From positions 64,001 to 128,000 of the forward strand of contig BK006938.2 in NCBI GenBank assembly GCA_000146045.2: DNA of 64,000 bases. The letters run 5' to 3'. The stretch comes from TPA_inf: Saccharomyces. Taxonomy: Eukaryota. The position numbers and the translations under genes were made by a program. Below are positions 1 through 10,445 of the stretch, one piece after another; positions within the stretch are counted from its first letter, which is position 1; each line of letters begins with the position of its first letter. The notes under the pieces were generated by a model. It searched no databases and was not told the origin of the DNA. It worked only from the letters and a program-made list of their open reading frames with translations.

Positions 1-1018
1 ACGCGTTCGGACTGTGGAAAGAAAGCTTTCTCTTCCTCTTGCTTCCGGAATCATCATCGTGCCAATTATTTGGTACGCTTGTTTTCCTTTCAGGTGTCTG
101 TGACTGGATGTAGGATTTTGAGCTGAAATATTTCCCGGTAGAGGAGGTAGTTGAGGAATCTGAATCCTCAATGGGATCTGCGCTGTCATGCATTTCCTCT
201 CCCATGTTGCTTATATCTGTGGTCGGTTCATCTACATTAAGCGTCATAAGCTGCGAGTTGAATTCGTTTTGGGATTCAATGTAAGGTATCCCTAGTCTAT
301 TTGGCACAAAGAAAGGATTAATTGCTGCGGCTTTTGATTTCTGCGATAATACCTTTTGTTGGTCTTGAACGAACTTTTTTAGTTCTATATCGTAGTGAAT
401 CAACTTTACAAATTTAAACCTGTTTTTCTCGTCTCTATTCATTTCTATTAAATTGTTGAAGATATCCACAAGTGAGTTGTTCAAATCACATTCTGAAATA
501 AGTTCTGATGACGAATGCTTGCTGCTATTTGTCGATTTTGTAGATATGGTGCTTATCACACTTACCAAATCCAACGGTTTTATGTCCTCTAAGAATAGAG
601 TATAGTTCCCGTGTTTTGATACATATAAAGCTTTACAACTTGAAAAACATAACCTTTCAAGGTGAATATCTCTCAGTATTACTGTTGGGGATGCGCCTGA
701 GTCAGAATCTAAATCTGGCAGTTCAATATCAAAGTATTGGCAAAGTAAGGAAATAGTGATCCGGGCTAACCTCTCCGAGCCCCTATCTTTGAACTTCAGT
801 TTGATTAAATATTGATCTTCTTGGGATTGATCTCCTCGCCTCTCAAAATTAGAAAAGCCTAGCAAACATTTTGTTTCAGTCAGGTGTATTGAGGTTAAAA
901 GCGCCACGAATTGCACGGGAACTATTGCTTTGCTGGGATAGCCTTCAAAATCTTTACTCGAGCTCACAAAAATACGATTTTTATGTGGAGGACACTCAGG
1001 CTCTTCTAAGGTATCCAT
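1..1018 (-). CDS. CDC13: CDC13 (YDL220C), 5' portion of the gene, covering about the N-terminal 339 aa. It is cut off by the window edge, so it is absent from the ORF track. It encodes the telomere single-strand DNA-binding protein.
   Basis: The reverse-strand translation from the ATG at 1016-1018 reads MDTLEEPECPPHKNRIFVSS...FERRGDQSQEDQYLIKLKFKDRGSERLAR. The window edge translates to ...WHDDDSGSKRKRKLSFHSPNA. Both stretches are recognised from memory as Cdc13. Confidence 0.88.
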   Translation of the reverse strand, partial: MDTLEEPECPPHKNRIFVSSSKDFEGYPSKAIVPVQFVALLTSIHLTETKCLLGFSNFERRGDQSQEDQYLIKLKFKDRGSERLARITISLLCQYFDIELPDLDSDSGASPTVILRDIHLERLCFSSCKALYVSKHGNYTLFLEDIKPLDLVSVISTISTKSTNSSKHSSSELISECDLNNSLVDIFNNLIEMNRDEKNRFKFVKLIHYDIELKKFVQDQQKVLSQKSKAAAINPFFVPNRLGIPYIESQNEFNSQLMTLNVDEPTTDISNMGEEMHDSADPIEDSDSSTTSSTGKYFSSKSYIQSQTPERKTSVPNNWHDDDSGSKRKRKLSFHSPNA

Positions 1019-1241
1019 TTTTAGGCGATAGTTTCCACGGTCATTCGTATCCAAAGAGAAACATATATGAATATATTCTTAAATTTCCATTTTGAATTAG
1101 CATTTCGCATCTCACTAGGCCTTCGCGTCTCTTATGACGTTGAAAAATTTGGATATCAAAGGTTTAAAAAGTATAATCACGTTAATCAAGGCTGCATGTA
1201 CATATTAAATAATCCACATATTATTCAGCAGCGGATTTACA

Positions 1242-1765
1242 ATGAAGATTGTCTTACAAAAAGTCAGCCAAGCATCTGTAGTCGTCGATTCAAAAGTTAT
1301 TTCAAGGTATGTTACCGGTTTTTTCAGCTTCGTTAGTGCACCAATTTTTTTTACTAACACCTCTATCTATGTGACAGTATTAAACATGGTTATATGCTCC
1401 TAGTAGGTATTTCCATTGATGATTCTATGGCGGAGATAGATAAATTATCGAAAAAGGTTCTTAGTTTGAGAATCTTCGAAGATGAATCCAGAAATCTATG
1501 GAAGAAGAATATTAAAGAGGCCAATGGTGAAATTCTATCCGTGTCTCAATTCACTTTGATGGCAAAAACCAAGAAGGGAACTAAACCCGATTTCCATTTG
1601 GCCCAAAAGGGTCATATAGCTAAAGAACTTTATGAAGAATTCTTAAAATTACTAAGAAGTGATTTGGGTGAGGAAAAAGTAAAGGATGGTGAATTCGGCG
1701 CAATGATGAGTTGCTCTTTAACTAATGAAGGGCCCGTTACAATCATTCTTGACAGTGACCAATAA
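1242..1765 (+). CDS. DTD1: DTD1 (YDL219W), D-aminoacyl-tRNA deacylase. It is a spliced CDS: join(1242..1306,1378..1765), 150 aa.
   Basis: Exon 1 encodes MKIVLQKVSQASVVVDSKVISS. A GTATGT donor lies at 1307, a TACTAAC branch point at 1352-1358, and the acceptor AG at 1376-1377. Exon 2 continues in frame, giving ...ISSIKHGYMLLVGIS.... The ORF-track ORF 1394..1765 is the part of exon 2 downstream of an internal Met. Confidence 0.9.
1307..1377 (+). other. DTD1: Spliceosomal intron of DTD1 (71 nt).
   Basis: It has the canonical yeast signals GTATGT...TACTAAC...AG. Removing it restores the DTD1 reading frame. Confidence 0.88.
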
Positions 1766-2492
1766 GATTGACCTTATAGATATATACGAGAAGAAAATAA
1801 AAAGCAAACATTATTTGCAATCTTTCTTTCGCAAGATAAAGTACCAAAATCTTTCCATGTTATGTTCTCAGTGAAGTTGAGTAGAGCGGAGAGGAGCCCT
1901 CCCCAAAAAAATGAATACAAAATATCTGTGATGGATTTTTGAATTCACGCTTCCTTCAATAACCTTCGCCAAGAAAGTCTAGAATTGTTTTATATTCTTT
2001 ACATAAAAGTAAGTAAATCAACTTTAAAAAACTTTAAGGGCGAAAATGAAAAAAAAAAAATGTAAAAGTGAAAAAAGGGACGGCGAAGCGATGCCCTGCC
2101 AGTCTTACTAATCCAGAGGGCTAAAAGCATGTTTACAGTGTATTTCCAGTCATAGGAGAGTATTGACCTGGCATGGAAAAAGAAACGCACAATGAGAAAG
2201 GGGATATATACCCTTAAATTGACGATAGTTAAGGAGATTTTGAGGTTTGTGTTACTAATAAACCAGTAAGCATACTCGTTGATGACTTTAACGTATATTT
2301 GGTTTCCAAGGGATATTGAAACCGTATCTTAAGGGATGACGATGGTTGGTTAACATTCCCTAAAAGACAACGTATAAAAAGGTTCAACAAAGCGTCCGTT
2401 ACCATTATGCTTTGATGTTCTCAGTACGAAAGTTTACGGTTTTTTTTTTCAATTGAGGAACATAAACCAAATAGATATATTATATCAACGTT

Positions 2493-3446
2493 ATGAAACG
2501 AGTTACTGGAGTTTTCTTAACACTTTTGAGATTTTCTCAATTTGCATCATCGGTTTTGGTGATGTCACTTTTGGCGTATGCCATCCACGCCTATGGAAAT
2601 AGAGGTAATAAGAAAACCAACTTCACATTGGCAACAGGTGTCATTAGTGTGTTTTATCTGATTGCCTTAGGTATTTTGTGTCTGGCCCTACCCACATTGA
2701 TCTACATAGGAATGTACTTCTGTGCCGAATTGATCGTTTGTATGCTATGGCTAGCAGCTTTCGTTGTTCTTGCCAAAGCTCAAGGTGAACGTAGCTGTAG
2801 CAACACTAATGCAGACGGATTATACTATAATCCGTACAGTGGCCAATATACTGCTGACAGTCATAGAAGAGCATGTAATTCTTCTCAGGCGGCAATCGCC
2901 TTTTCTGGCCTTTGCTTTGTACTGTTTTTGATCAGTGTGATATTACTGGGAATTAATGTCTTAACACCTATCAGGAAGCGTTATCAAACCCAAGGAATGT
3001 GGAGAAGCGGCGCTTCTATGGGTACAAAGCTCCATAGGTGGAGCGGACTAGCTTTAAGCGAGCCTTTTGAAGAAACAGCTGCTTACGATAACACCAATGT
3101 TAGGACCGGTGATGTCGAAGCAGGTGCAGGTGATAATGCTGCTTACACATCTGAACCGAATGGCGACGCACGCTATGCAACTAATGACCCCAATGGGCAG
3201 TACCATACTACCACCACCAACACACGTTACACCACAACAACAGCGGACCCTAAGACGCGTTACACCACCAACGATCGTAATCCTGGTTCTGCGAATGTCG
3301 CTAACAGTGCAGTGGACCAGCACGCTTACTCTACGGATGAGTCAGGTGATCGGTCTTATCAAGAAAAGGTCACAGAAGGAGCTCACTCTGGCGCTATGAG
3401 TGGTAGCACTGCAGAACCAAACAGGAACGTCAATCAAATGCCATAA
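2493..3446 (+). CDS. YDL218W, a predicted membrane protein with four N-terminal TM helices and a Thr/Asn-rich C-terminal tail, 317 aa.
   Basis: The ORF is intact. Hydrophobic segments are visible in the first ~160 aa. The position between DTD1 and TIM22 matches chromosome IV gene order. Confidence 0.8.
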   Translation: MKRVTGVFLTLLRFSQFASSVLVMSLLAYAIHAYGNRGNKKTNFTLATGVISVFYLIALGILCLALPTLIYIGMYFCAELIVCMLWLAAFVVLAKAQGERSCSNTNADGLYYNPYSGQYTADSHRRACNSSQAAIAFSGLCFVLFLISVILLGINVLTPIRKRYQTQGMWRSGASMGTKLHRWSGLALSEPFEETAAYDNTNVRTGDVEAGAGDNAAYTSEPNGDARYATNDPNGQYHTTTTNTRYTTTTADPKTRYTTNDRNPGSANVANSAVDQHAYSTDESGDRSYQEKVTEGAHSGAMSGSTAEPNRNVNQMP

Positions 3447-3982
3447 ATTCAATGATTTCCTTTTTGTTCGTCTATACCCTTCACATACTTTTTCTTTTTC
3501 TTTTTCTTTTCTTTGCTTAACGATTTGAATTGCTCCTGTTCTAATAATGGCGTCGTCTTTTAGAAAATCCTTATCAGGTGTGAATAATGCTTAATTTTTT
3601 TTATATATAATGATTTACTTTTATTACTTCTTATTTTTATATTTTCCTCTGTCAAATATGTGACTGAAATCTTCCAATTTATTAATATTAAAGTGTGACT
3701 ATCACTTGAGTTTAGCGACAGTCTCTAACGCCTCGAATTCATCGACATGGGAAAATTGGAAAGGGTATCGTTTTTACACTTCCCATTTTCTTCCAGCAAA
3801 AATGATCGGCCCAGAGTCTAGTTAAAGCATGATTAATTCTCCCAGGGAATTTTTTTGCTTTACTAGTAACAGTAGTTCTGGAAATTATTAAGCGTTCTTA
3901 AATTCTGGGACGGTCGTGCAGAATATTAAGATAGGTGATATTTACAAATATAAAACATTCATCGTTCGTCGAAATTGGCTAT

Positions 3983-4606
3983 TCATTCTTTAAAATCGTT
4001 TTGAGGTGGTCTACCATCCTCACTTTTCATATACAAATCAATTGCAGCTGAAAAGGCAGCAAACCCGGCACCACCCATTAAGGCAGCTTGTGGTCCAGCT
4101 TTGTATGCCAGCCCAGCACCGGTAAAAAACCCTGCGGTTACTCCGTTGTAAATATCATTTTTAGCTCTAAGTGACTCTATGACACACTCCACCCCAGCAT
4201 ATATCATACCAATGTAGCCAAAATTCTTAGCACTAGAGTAGGATTTTTTACCCATATCGGTAAATTGAAGTTTCATTTGCTGCCGGAAAGGTAAATCAGA
4301 TATTTGCTGAACTGTTCTTGATATTCCACCCACACCTATATTTCCCGCAGTTGCAGTTGCTGCTGTATTTGCAGGTGTAGGTGTATGAAGAGGTGTATCA
4401 TATGCCATTGACGCCATGAACAGGCCTAAAACACCACCCAGTGCAAACCCTGTTACACCACTCACAACTGATTTTCCAGGACAGGAAGTCATGAAGTTCA
4501 TGATCATTTCAGCACCCCGTTCACCCTGTTCTTCCGGAGTTAGTTCATTATAAGGTTTCTTTTGAGCTGGACTTATCTGCTCCAAACCAAATCCTGTGTA
4601 CACCAT
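3983..4606 (-). CDS. TIM22: TIM22 (YDL217C), the mitochondrial inner-membrane carrier translocase subunit, 207 aa.
   Basis: The ORF is 207 aa and belongs to the Tim17/Tim22/Tim23 family; it has a Gly/Ala-rich TM core (GxxxG-like). Confidence 0.9.
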   Translation of the reverse strand: MVYTGFGLEQISPAQKKPYNELTPEEQGERGAEMIMNFMTSCPGKSVVSGVTGFALGGVLGLFMASMAYDTPLHTPTPANTAATATAGNIGVGGISRTVQQISDLPFRQQMKLQFTDMGKKSYSSAKNFGYIGMIYAGVECVIESLRAKNDIYNGVTAGFFTGAGLAYKAGPQAALMGGAGFAAFSAAIDLYMKSEDGRPPQNDFKE

Positions 4607-4996
4607 CTTCGTATAAAGTATTTAAAATCACAATTTCTTGATCTTATTTGGCAGCTATCTCTACTATCCCGTTTAGTACTATCCCGTTTAGTAGTGACAG
4701 AAAAATAGTATTTTGTCCTGAAAAGCTTCGGATTTTATATGTACGAAATGGATCCGAGGAAATGCTGTCTGTTTTATTAGAGAATTAAGTTGACTGATGC
4801 ATCGTCTTTCTCTTCAGTTGTAAGCTCGATGCCATTTTATCAGTAAGACCAAAAACCAACACATAACGGCGTACGAAAATATCAAATTGTCACCCGGTAT
4901 AGATATACTTATAGAGATTCAAGAAGGAATAACTATTAAAAGTACGTTGCAGATAAACATAAGCTATTGCAGCGTCATTGGAGCAACGTTAGGAAT

Positions 4997-6364
4997 TCAT
5001 AATGTAAAGGTGTCCTTGTAAAAACGTAACCGCTCATATTGTTTTATCTTTGACGCAAGTATTCGATTTTTTGCTCTTGCATAATCTGTCTCCAAGACAT
5101 TTCTCTGTAACATATCATTGCCCTCATCATGACATCTTTCCTGATTGCTGTTCATGCGTTTTTTAGAATTGTGAAAATTGTCGGTAGACCTGCTGCTTCT
5201 TTCCACGCGATTTACATGAATGCTCGGTTCGCCGTTTATGCACAGACTAGTGTCAGTACTGTCGAACTCGGTAAGGTTTCTATCTTCCATATCTACGTCA
5301 CTAGTATTATCACCTGAAAACATGCTTCCAAAGGAGCTTGTTTCAGTGCTATCCCCCCTTTGCGTATTGAGGCAGAACTGAGACCTTGTTGAACGGTTTT
5401 GATAGTCAATGTTTTTTTTATTTTCGTTGCTAACACGTTCACTGGTAGTAGCCAACTTAATCCTTGTTCTAACATTTTTGGAATCCATCAAATAGCTATA
5501 CTGCTTCATTGAATCGATCAATCTATTTAATGATATTTGTTCTGACTCATCATCCTCTATTACGCAATGTAAGTTTAACTTTGTTTCAAATAGCGCTCGG
5601 TTCAATTCTGAATCAAATATGATTGTTTCTAGTTCATAGTATGAAGTGGCACTATTATCATCACTTTTACTTTCTATTGTCCTAAATGCACCCATTCTTA
5701 AAATTTTATCTTCCAGACTTTTCAAGGGATCGACCACAATTGCGACATATGGATCTTGGAATCTCTGGTTCAAATCCTGGGTTTGGATATCTATATTACT
5801 TAACCAACAGTCGTAACCAGGATGTGAATGGAACCAGCCAACAACATTCAGTTTAGCGCCCTTGTAATCTCGCCCATCACCACCGTCATTATGATTATAC
5901 ATCTCGTCGATATATTGAACCATATATTCGTATGACTCCAATTGTGCATTTACGCGAGTTTCTGTCCCTACTACGGGAAGATTGAAACAATCCATTACAA
6001 CAATATTATCTTTTAATGTGAACCCCATTAATATGCCCATGATTTCAATATTTCCTCCACGAACTGCATAATGGGTGATCTTTTCACATGATAATTTTGA
6101 TATAAGTACGTGGGTGTAACTCGGAATATCTGTACTACTTTGTTGTTTTAGTTTAGTTTTGAGCAAGGAAGATTGGCTTAGCGCATGAAATTCAGGTTCT
6201 TGCGACGGCTTGAATCGCATACTTGATAGCGCTATAGATTCAGTTAGTTCATCTTCCACGGTGTACCTTTCCTTTAGTAGTTGTCGTAATTCCTTTACAG
6301 TCTTATTTGAAAGTGACATGCTGCCTCCTGCAGTTTTTATTGATTTTCGATCGTTGTTATTCAT
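4997..6364 (-). CDS. RRI1: RRI1/CSN5 (YDL216C), the COP9 signalosome JAMM metalloprotease. The open frame is 455 aa. The start I remember for the protein is probably the internal Met at 6319 ([13 protein letters not shown]..., 440 aa).
   Basis: The JAMM/MPN+ motif [18 protein letters not shown] is present. Which ATG is used is an inference from the protein length I remember. Confidence 0.88.
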   Translation of the reverse strand: MNNNDRKSIKTAGGSMSLSNKTVKELRQLLKERYTVEDELTESIALSSMRFKPSQEPEFHALSQSSLLKTKLKQQSSTDIPSYTHVLISKLSCEKITHYAVRGGNIEIMGILMGFTLKDNIVVMDCFNLPVVGTETRVNAQLESYEYMVQYIDEMYNHNDGGDGRDYKGAKLNVVGWFHSHPGYDCWLSNIDIQTQDLNQRFQDPYVAIVVDPLKSLEDKILRMGAFRTIESKSDDNSATSYYELETIIFDSELNRALFETKLNLHCVIEDDESEQISLNRLIDSMKQYSYLMDSKNVRTRIKLATTSERVSNENKKNIDYQNRSTRSQFCLNTQRGDSTETSSFGSMFSGDNTSDVDMEDRNLTEFDSTDTSLCINGEPSIHVNRVERSSRSTDNFHNSKKRMNSNQERCHDEGNDMLQRNVLETDYARAKNRILASKIKQYERLRFYKDTFTL

Positions 6365-6639
6365 TTTTAGTTTATTTGAAAAACCCTTTAATAAGAGCGC
6401 TTCCTGCGTAGCGCGCCTTTCCTAAAGTTTCAGCTGAAGCATGGCTCCCTGAGGAGAACTGCCTAGTATAATGGATAACTCGAAGGAAAAAATATCAAAT
6501 GCTTTTTTTAGATTAAAAATAATGGACATATAAACAACTTTACTTAGTACACAATAAAACGCTGAGAAGAACATACACATATGTTTAATTTTCTTTTCTG
6601 ACGGCAGAACTAATTTATACAAAACAATTTTATTGAAGC

Positions 6640-9600
6640 TCAAGCACTTGCCTCCGCTTCTCTTTTTAACCCACCAATAAATTCCAAGAATTTTCCAATG
6701 TTAACATCGATACCGTTCTGGTAAACAAAAGTGCTTGATAAGTAACTCGACAGAAGAACTTTCAAATAGCTCTCTGGAATGTTTTCCAATACGGACTGAG
6801 GCCCAGCAACATCAATCAGAATTTTTGGAATTATTTTATCCAACAATAGGTAGTTTCTTAATTTTAGATCATTGAGCCACAACTCTTGAGAAGCAACTAG
6901 ATCGTCGTTCAATTTGTTTATAGTGAAGGACAATTGGTTTGAAATTTCTGAAATGTGGGTTCCATTTAGTTGATTCAAATTCCATAACTGACCAAACTCT
7001 AATTCAGCATTTTTCTGAATTCTTGACTGCACTTCTACAACGTACGACTTGTACAACGCAGACCTCTCACCACTAACATCTCCAATAAATTTGTGCACGA
7101 AGTCGTTATCGTTAAGCGCTAGTGAGGCCAACACTTCCATTGATGAAGATGTGACACCACCTTTGTTTGCAGAAGCATCTTTGAACAGAATACAGCCATG
7201 TTCCTCCAAAGCATTTTTAGCAGGTTGCGTTATAAATAGATTGGCACCCTCCACAATATATGGAATTTTACATTTCCCAGTCTTTTCGTCAACAAAATAA
7301 TGTAGATTATTTAGAGTAATTGAGTTTGGTCTACCACCGCATGGAACAAAAATGTCGACATGATCCACAAATTTGAAAATTTGAGTATGAAAGGTGTTTC
7401 TGAAGGTTGTGCCGTTAGCTACAATTGTACCATTTGGTAGCATGATATCCATTGCATCCACAGAAACAAAAAATCCGTTGTTTGATAATTTGGAAGTGTC
7501 GAAATCGGAAATCATTTTCCTTTCATGTGCCAAGCGGCATAATTCATCTTTATCTAAACCTTTAGGATCACACAGGACACCTGAACCGTCCAGAATTGCC
7601 AAATAACATTCGTTTGGCGAAGATAAAAGAATTTCATTGGATCCCAAATCACCATCCGGACCACCAGTTTGGAATTTGTAAACAGTAGAATTTGTCAAGT
7701 TTAAAGTTTCGTAAATTTTATTAACATAAGCACGAACACCCAGAGAAGTCATACCATATTCGTCATGGGGAATACCACCCAAAGATGGGGATTTTCCAGT
7801 CAAAAATGATTTCCACCATGGGCAGTTCCTCACACGAGCATGGTTAGTTGCCCAATCCACGAAACCAGCAGTTCCTTCATCTGGGCCAAAAAATAATATT
7901 TCCTCCTTTGGTAAAAGGTTGACATAGTTTTCCTTTAATGGATCGTTGATTAGAATGTCAATCATTGCATCCACATATTGGGAAAAGGCGACAAATGTCT
8001 GGTCATGTTCTACCAATCCTGGGTTCAATAAGATGACACCTTTAGAGCCACCCTCTGGAATATCCTTATTTTTACGTTGCTGAGTAGAGGCCAATTGATA
8101 GTTCTCATCAATAACGTTCTTGGAATTCAAATCATAAATATCCTGATTCCTGGAACAGACTATACGAATACCGCCCCTTGCGATATCTCTGAACCTGATA
8201 TGGAACCCTTTGAAAGTATTACCAACGACAAAAAATATACCATAGGGTGTCTCTGGATATTCGAATTTTGTCATCACCAGGGAAGGATCTAATCTGAATG
8301 ATATTGCTACTTTTCTTGTAATAAAGAAATTTGTCTTCAAAATAGACTTGTTGAAGATGTTCAGTGTTTTCAGGATCAACAAATCAGGTGAATCATTTGG
8401 AATGAATTTATTCAAGTAAGCTTCGAACTCTTGGTCATTCTTAAAAGGCTCCACTTTTTCCAGTCTTTGAAAAGATAATGTCTTCTCCATATCTTTAGTA
8501 CTATTATGATAATAGTGAATTTGAGCAAAATTTTTATACAACTTGGAAATTATAGTGTAATGCTTCGACATGATGTTGATAATAGTTTGCTGAGTTAAGG
8601 TTTCATTTCTTAACTTTCTTTTTAGGTTTTCTACAATCTCCAAAAGAGTAGTATCATTACGCTTAATGGTGATTTGAGATAAAAGGTTTTGATAATCAGA
8701 GCCTAAACGATTAACAAAATGGTTAATGAATATAGCACCAATATGAGCATATATAGCTTCTTTGGGCGAGAATTGACGTCTCTGGTAAACCTCATGGAAA
8801 GAATTGTTTGGGATAGCGTATAGCAATGAAGCTTCTCTTTCAACCTGTTTCAATGCTGCCTCCACATCGTGAAGTAGAACATCTTCCAATTGCTGGTTCT
8901 CGTTCAAATAAACGGAAAAGATAATGATGTCATCATCCTTAACATTAAACGACTCTAAATAGAACTTAGAAGGTTTCAACTTGTAATAGTGGAACAAAGA
9001 GTTCAAAGCAGAGTAATAACGCTTAGTGGTGAATCGCTTGTAAGCGACTAATAACCTAATTTCATCCTTATTTTCTACGGAGCGAGTAGTCTTAATGACA
9101 GGACCTTCTCTTTCTTTAACCAACTTAAGTAAGAGACCGTATAGTTTTTTATTTTCGTTCGACGAAACTTTGTACATGGTCTTATCACTAATCGATTCAA
9201 TATCACCTTTCAGCAAATCCTGAGAGGAAATATCTACGCCGGCTGGATCATCATTAGGGTAAACACTCTCATAAACAAAAGTTAGCTTTAATTCGCTTTC
9301 TGGAGCCCAAAAAGAAACTAATCTGCAGTTTTTTTGAGACTTGTTATCCAGGAAAAGGTCATCAATTTCGGAATCTAATTCATAAGGTGGACAAGAATCA
9401 TCCATTTCAATCCTATTTTTTTTGATGGTATCCTTACCATGCTCCAAAGTATCGTTTCCGACGGCGTCACTAGCAAATTTAAAGTTTTTTTGCTGAGAAT
9501 CGCTTATGCTGACACCAGTATTAGATTCCATAAAGATGGCATGATTATCATTAGTTATAATTTTGTTTTTAATGCTGAATAGCCTTGGCTGAATTCCGTT

Positions 9601-9918
9601 GAATTTGGACTTCGCAAAGAAATCTAGCTTTGAAGCATACAAAGAATGTATGATATTCGAGATTAATTGGGGAGATTCTCTCGAGAAGAACAAATCGTCA
9701 ATACCCAATGAGTTATAAAACCAATCTACTTCTTGTTCGATCAAATCGTCGGGAATAAACCCTTGCTGATCTAGCAAATCTATCACTTCCTCTCTCTGCA
9801 GGTCCTTACCGGGAAAATCAAACACGTGATAGTCCGACATGGATGATATTGATAAAGAAGCAATATCTGGTGTGTTCAGTGAGTTTAAAGCACCGCGATT
9901 TTTGTTATCAAAAAGCAT
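6640..9918 (-). CDS. GDH2: GDH2 (YDL215C), NAD-dependent glutamate dehydrogenase, 1092 aa.
   Basis: The ORF is 1092 aa and belongs to the large NAD-GDH family. Its length and sequence are recognised from memory. Confidence 0.93.
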   Translation of the reverse strand: MLFDNKNRGALNSLNTPDIASLSISSMSDYHVFDFPGKDLQREEVIDLLDQQGFIPDDLIEQEVDWFYNSLGIDDLFFSRESPQLISNIIHSLYASKLDFFAKSKFNGIQPRLFSIKNKIITNDNHAIFMESNTGVSISDSQQKNFKFASDAVGNDTLEHGKDTIKKNRIEMDDSCPPYELDSEIDDLFLDNKSQKNCRLVSFWAPESELKLTFVYESVYPNDDPAGVDISSQDLLKGDIESISDKTMYKVSSNENKKLYGLLLKLVKEREGPVIKTTRSVENKDEIRLLVAYKRFTTKRYYSALNSLFHYYKLKPSKFYLESFNVKDDDIIIFSVYLNENQQLEDVLLHDVEAALKQVEREASLLYAIPNNSFHEVYQRRQFSPKEAIYAHIGAIFINHFVNRLGSDYQNLLSQITIKRNDTTLLEIVENLKRKLRNETLTQQTIINIMSKHYTIISKLYKNFAQIHYYHNSTKDMEKTLSFQRLEKVEPFKNDQEFEAYLNKFIPNDSPDLLILKTLNIFNKSILKTNFFITRKVAISFRLDPSLVMTKFEYPETPYGIFFVVGNTFKGFHIRFRDIARGGIRIVCSRNQDIYDLNSKNVIDENYQLASTQQRKNKDIPEGGSKGVILLNPGLVEHDQTFVAFSQYVDAMIDILINDPLKENYVNLLPKEEILFFGPDEGTAGFVDWATNHARVRNCPWWKSFLTGKSPSLGGIPHDEYGMTSLGVRAYVNKIYETLNLTNSTVYKFQTGGPDGDLGSNEILLSSPNECYLAILDGSGVLCDPKGLDKDELCRLAHERKMISDFDTSKLSNNGFFVSVDAMDIMLPNGTIVANGTTFRNTFHTQIFKFVDHVDIFVPCGGRPNSITLNNLHYFVDEKTGKCKIPYIVEGANLFITQPAKNALEEHGCILFKDASANKGGVTSSSMEVLASLALNDNDFVHKFIGDVSGERSALYKSYVVEVQSRIQKNAELEFGQLWNLNQLNGTHISEISNQLSFTINKLNDDLVASQELWLNDLKLRNYLLLDKIIPKILIDVAGPQSVLENIPESYLKVLLSSYLSSTFVYQNGIDVNIGKFLEFIGGLKREAEASA

Positions 9919-10445
9919 TCTTTATTCTTTTTATTGTTGTGAATTTAATATCCTTGTTTTGTATGTTTTGTTGAGATCGTGACAATCACAAAAAGGATTA
10001 TACCAAAAGGTAATGTATTTTTTAGAAACCGGTTGTTCTTATATAACAAGAATTCTGACTAAACAGCAGCAATGAGTAAACGCTTGTCAGTGTTGATGTC
10101 GACAGTATAACTTTTGTTATTGTTATTGATGCCGCCGTTGACTCGTAGTTACTTGTCCTACTCAACTATTAATGTGTATTTTTACCCCAATTGCTCCTTG
10201 TTGTGGCACGCCGTCAGGCAGTATTAAATTCGGTCCTGCGGAATCGCCGCACACATAGCCGCCAGATGGGTAACCCTTTTCAAGCGGACTTGGTTTTCCG
10301 ACGGTAAATAAATAAATAAATGACAGATTAGATTAGATATAGTCGTATTTTCACGTATATGTACCTATGGTTACAGTGCTGTAAGTATTACTTGCGTAAG
10401 TAAAAGCTGGAGCATATGGCCAGTATGACATTGCTATTCTTCCAG

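Noticed and set aside
871-1336. Two short plus-strand ORFs (871..1095 and 1067..1336).
   Set aside because: They overlap the CDC13 5' coding end and start codon on the opposite strand, then the CDC13/DTD1 promoter and DTD1 exon 1 out of frame. The spliced DTD1 model explains the region.
3054-3399. Two overlapping alternative-frame ORFs (3054..3323 on the minus strand, 3067..3399 on the plus strand) inside YDL218W.
   Set aside because: They lie entirely within the Thr/Asn-rich low-complexity tail of the YDL218W CDS. Repetitive ACN/AAY codons keep the other frames open by chance, and there is no independent signal.
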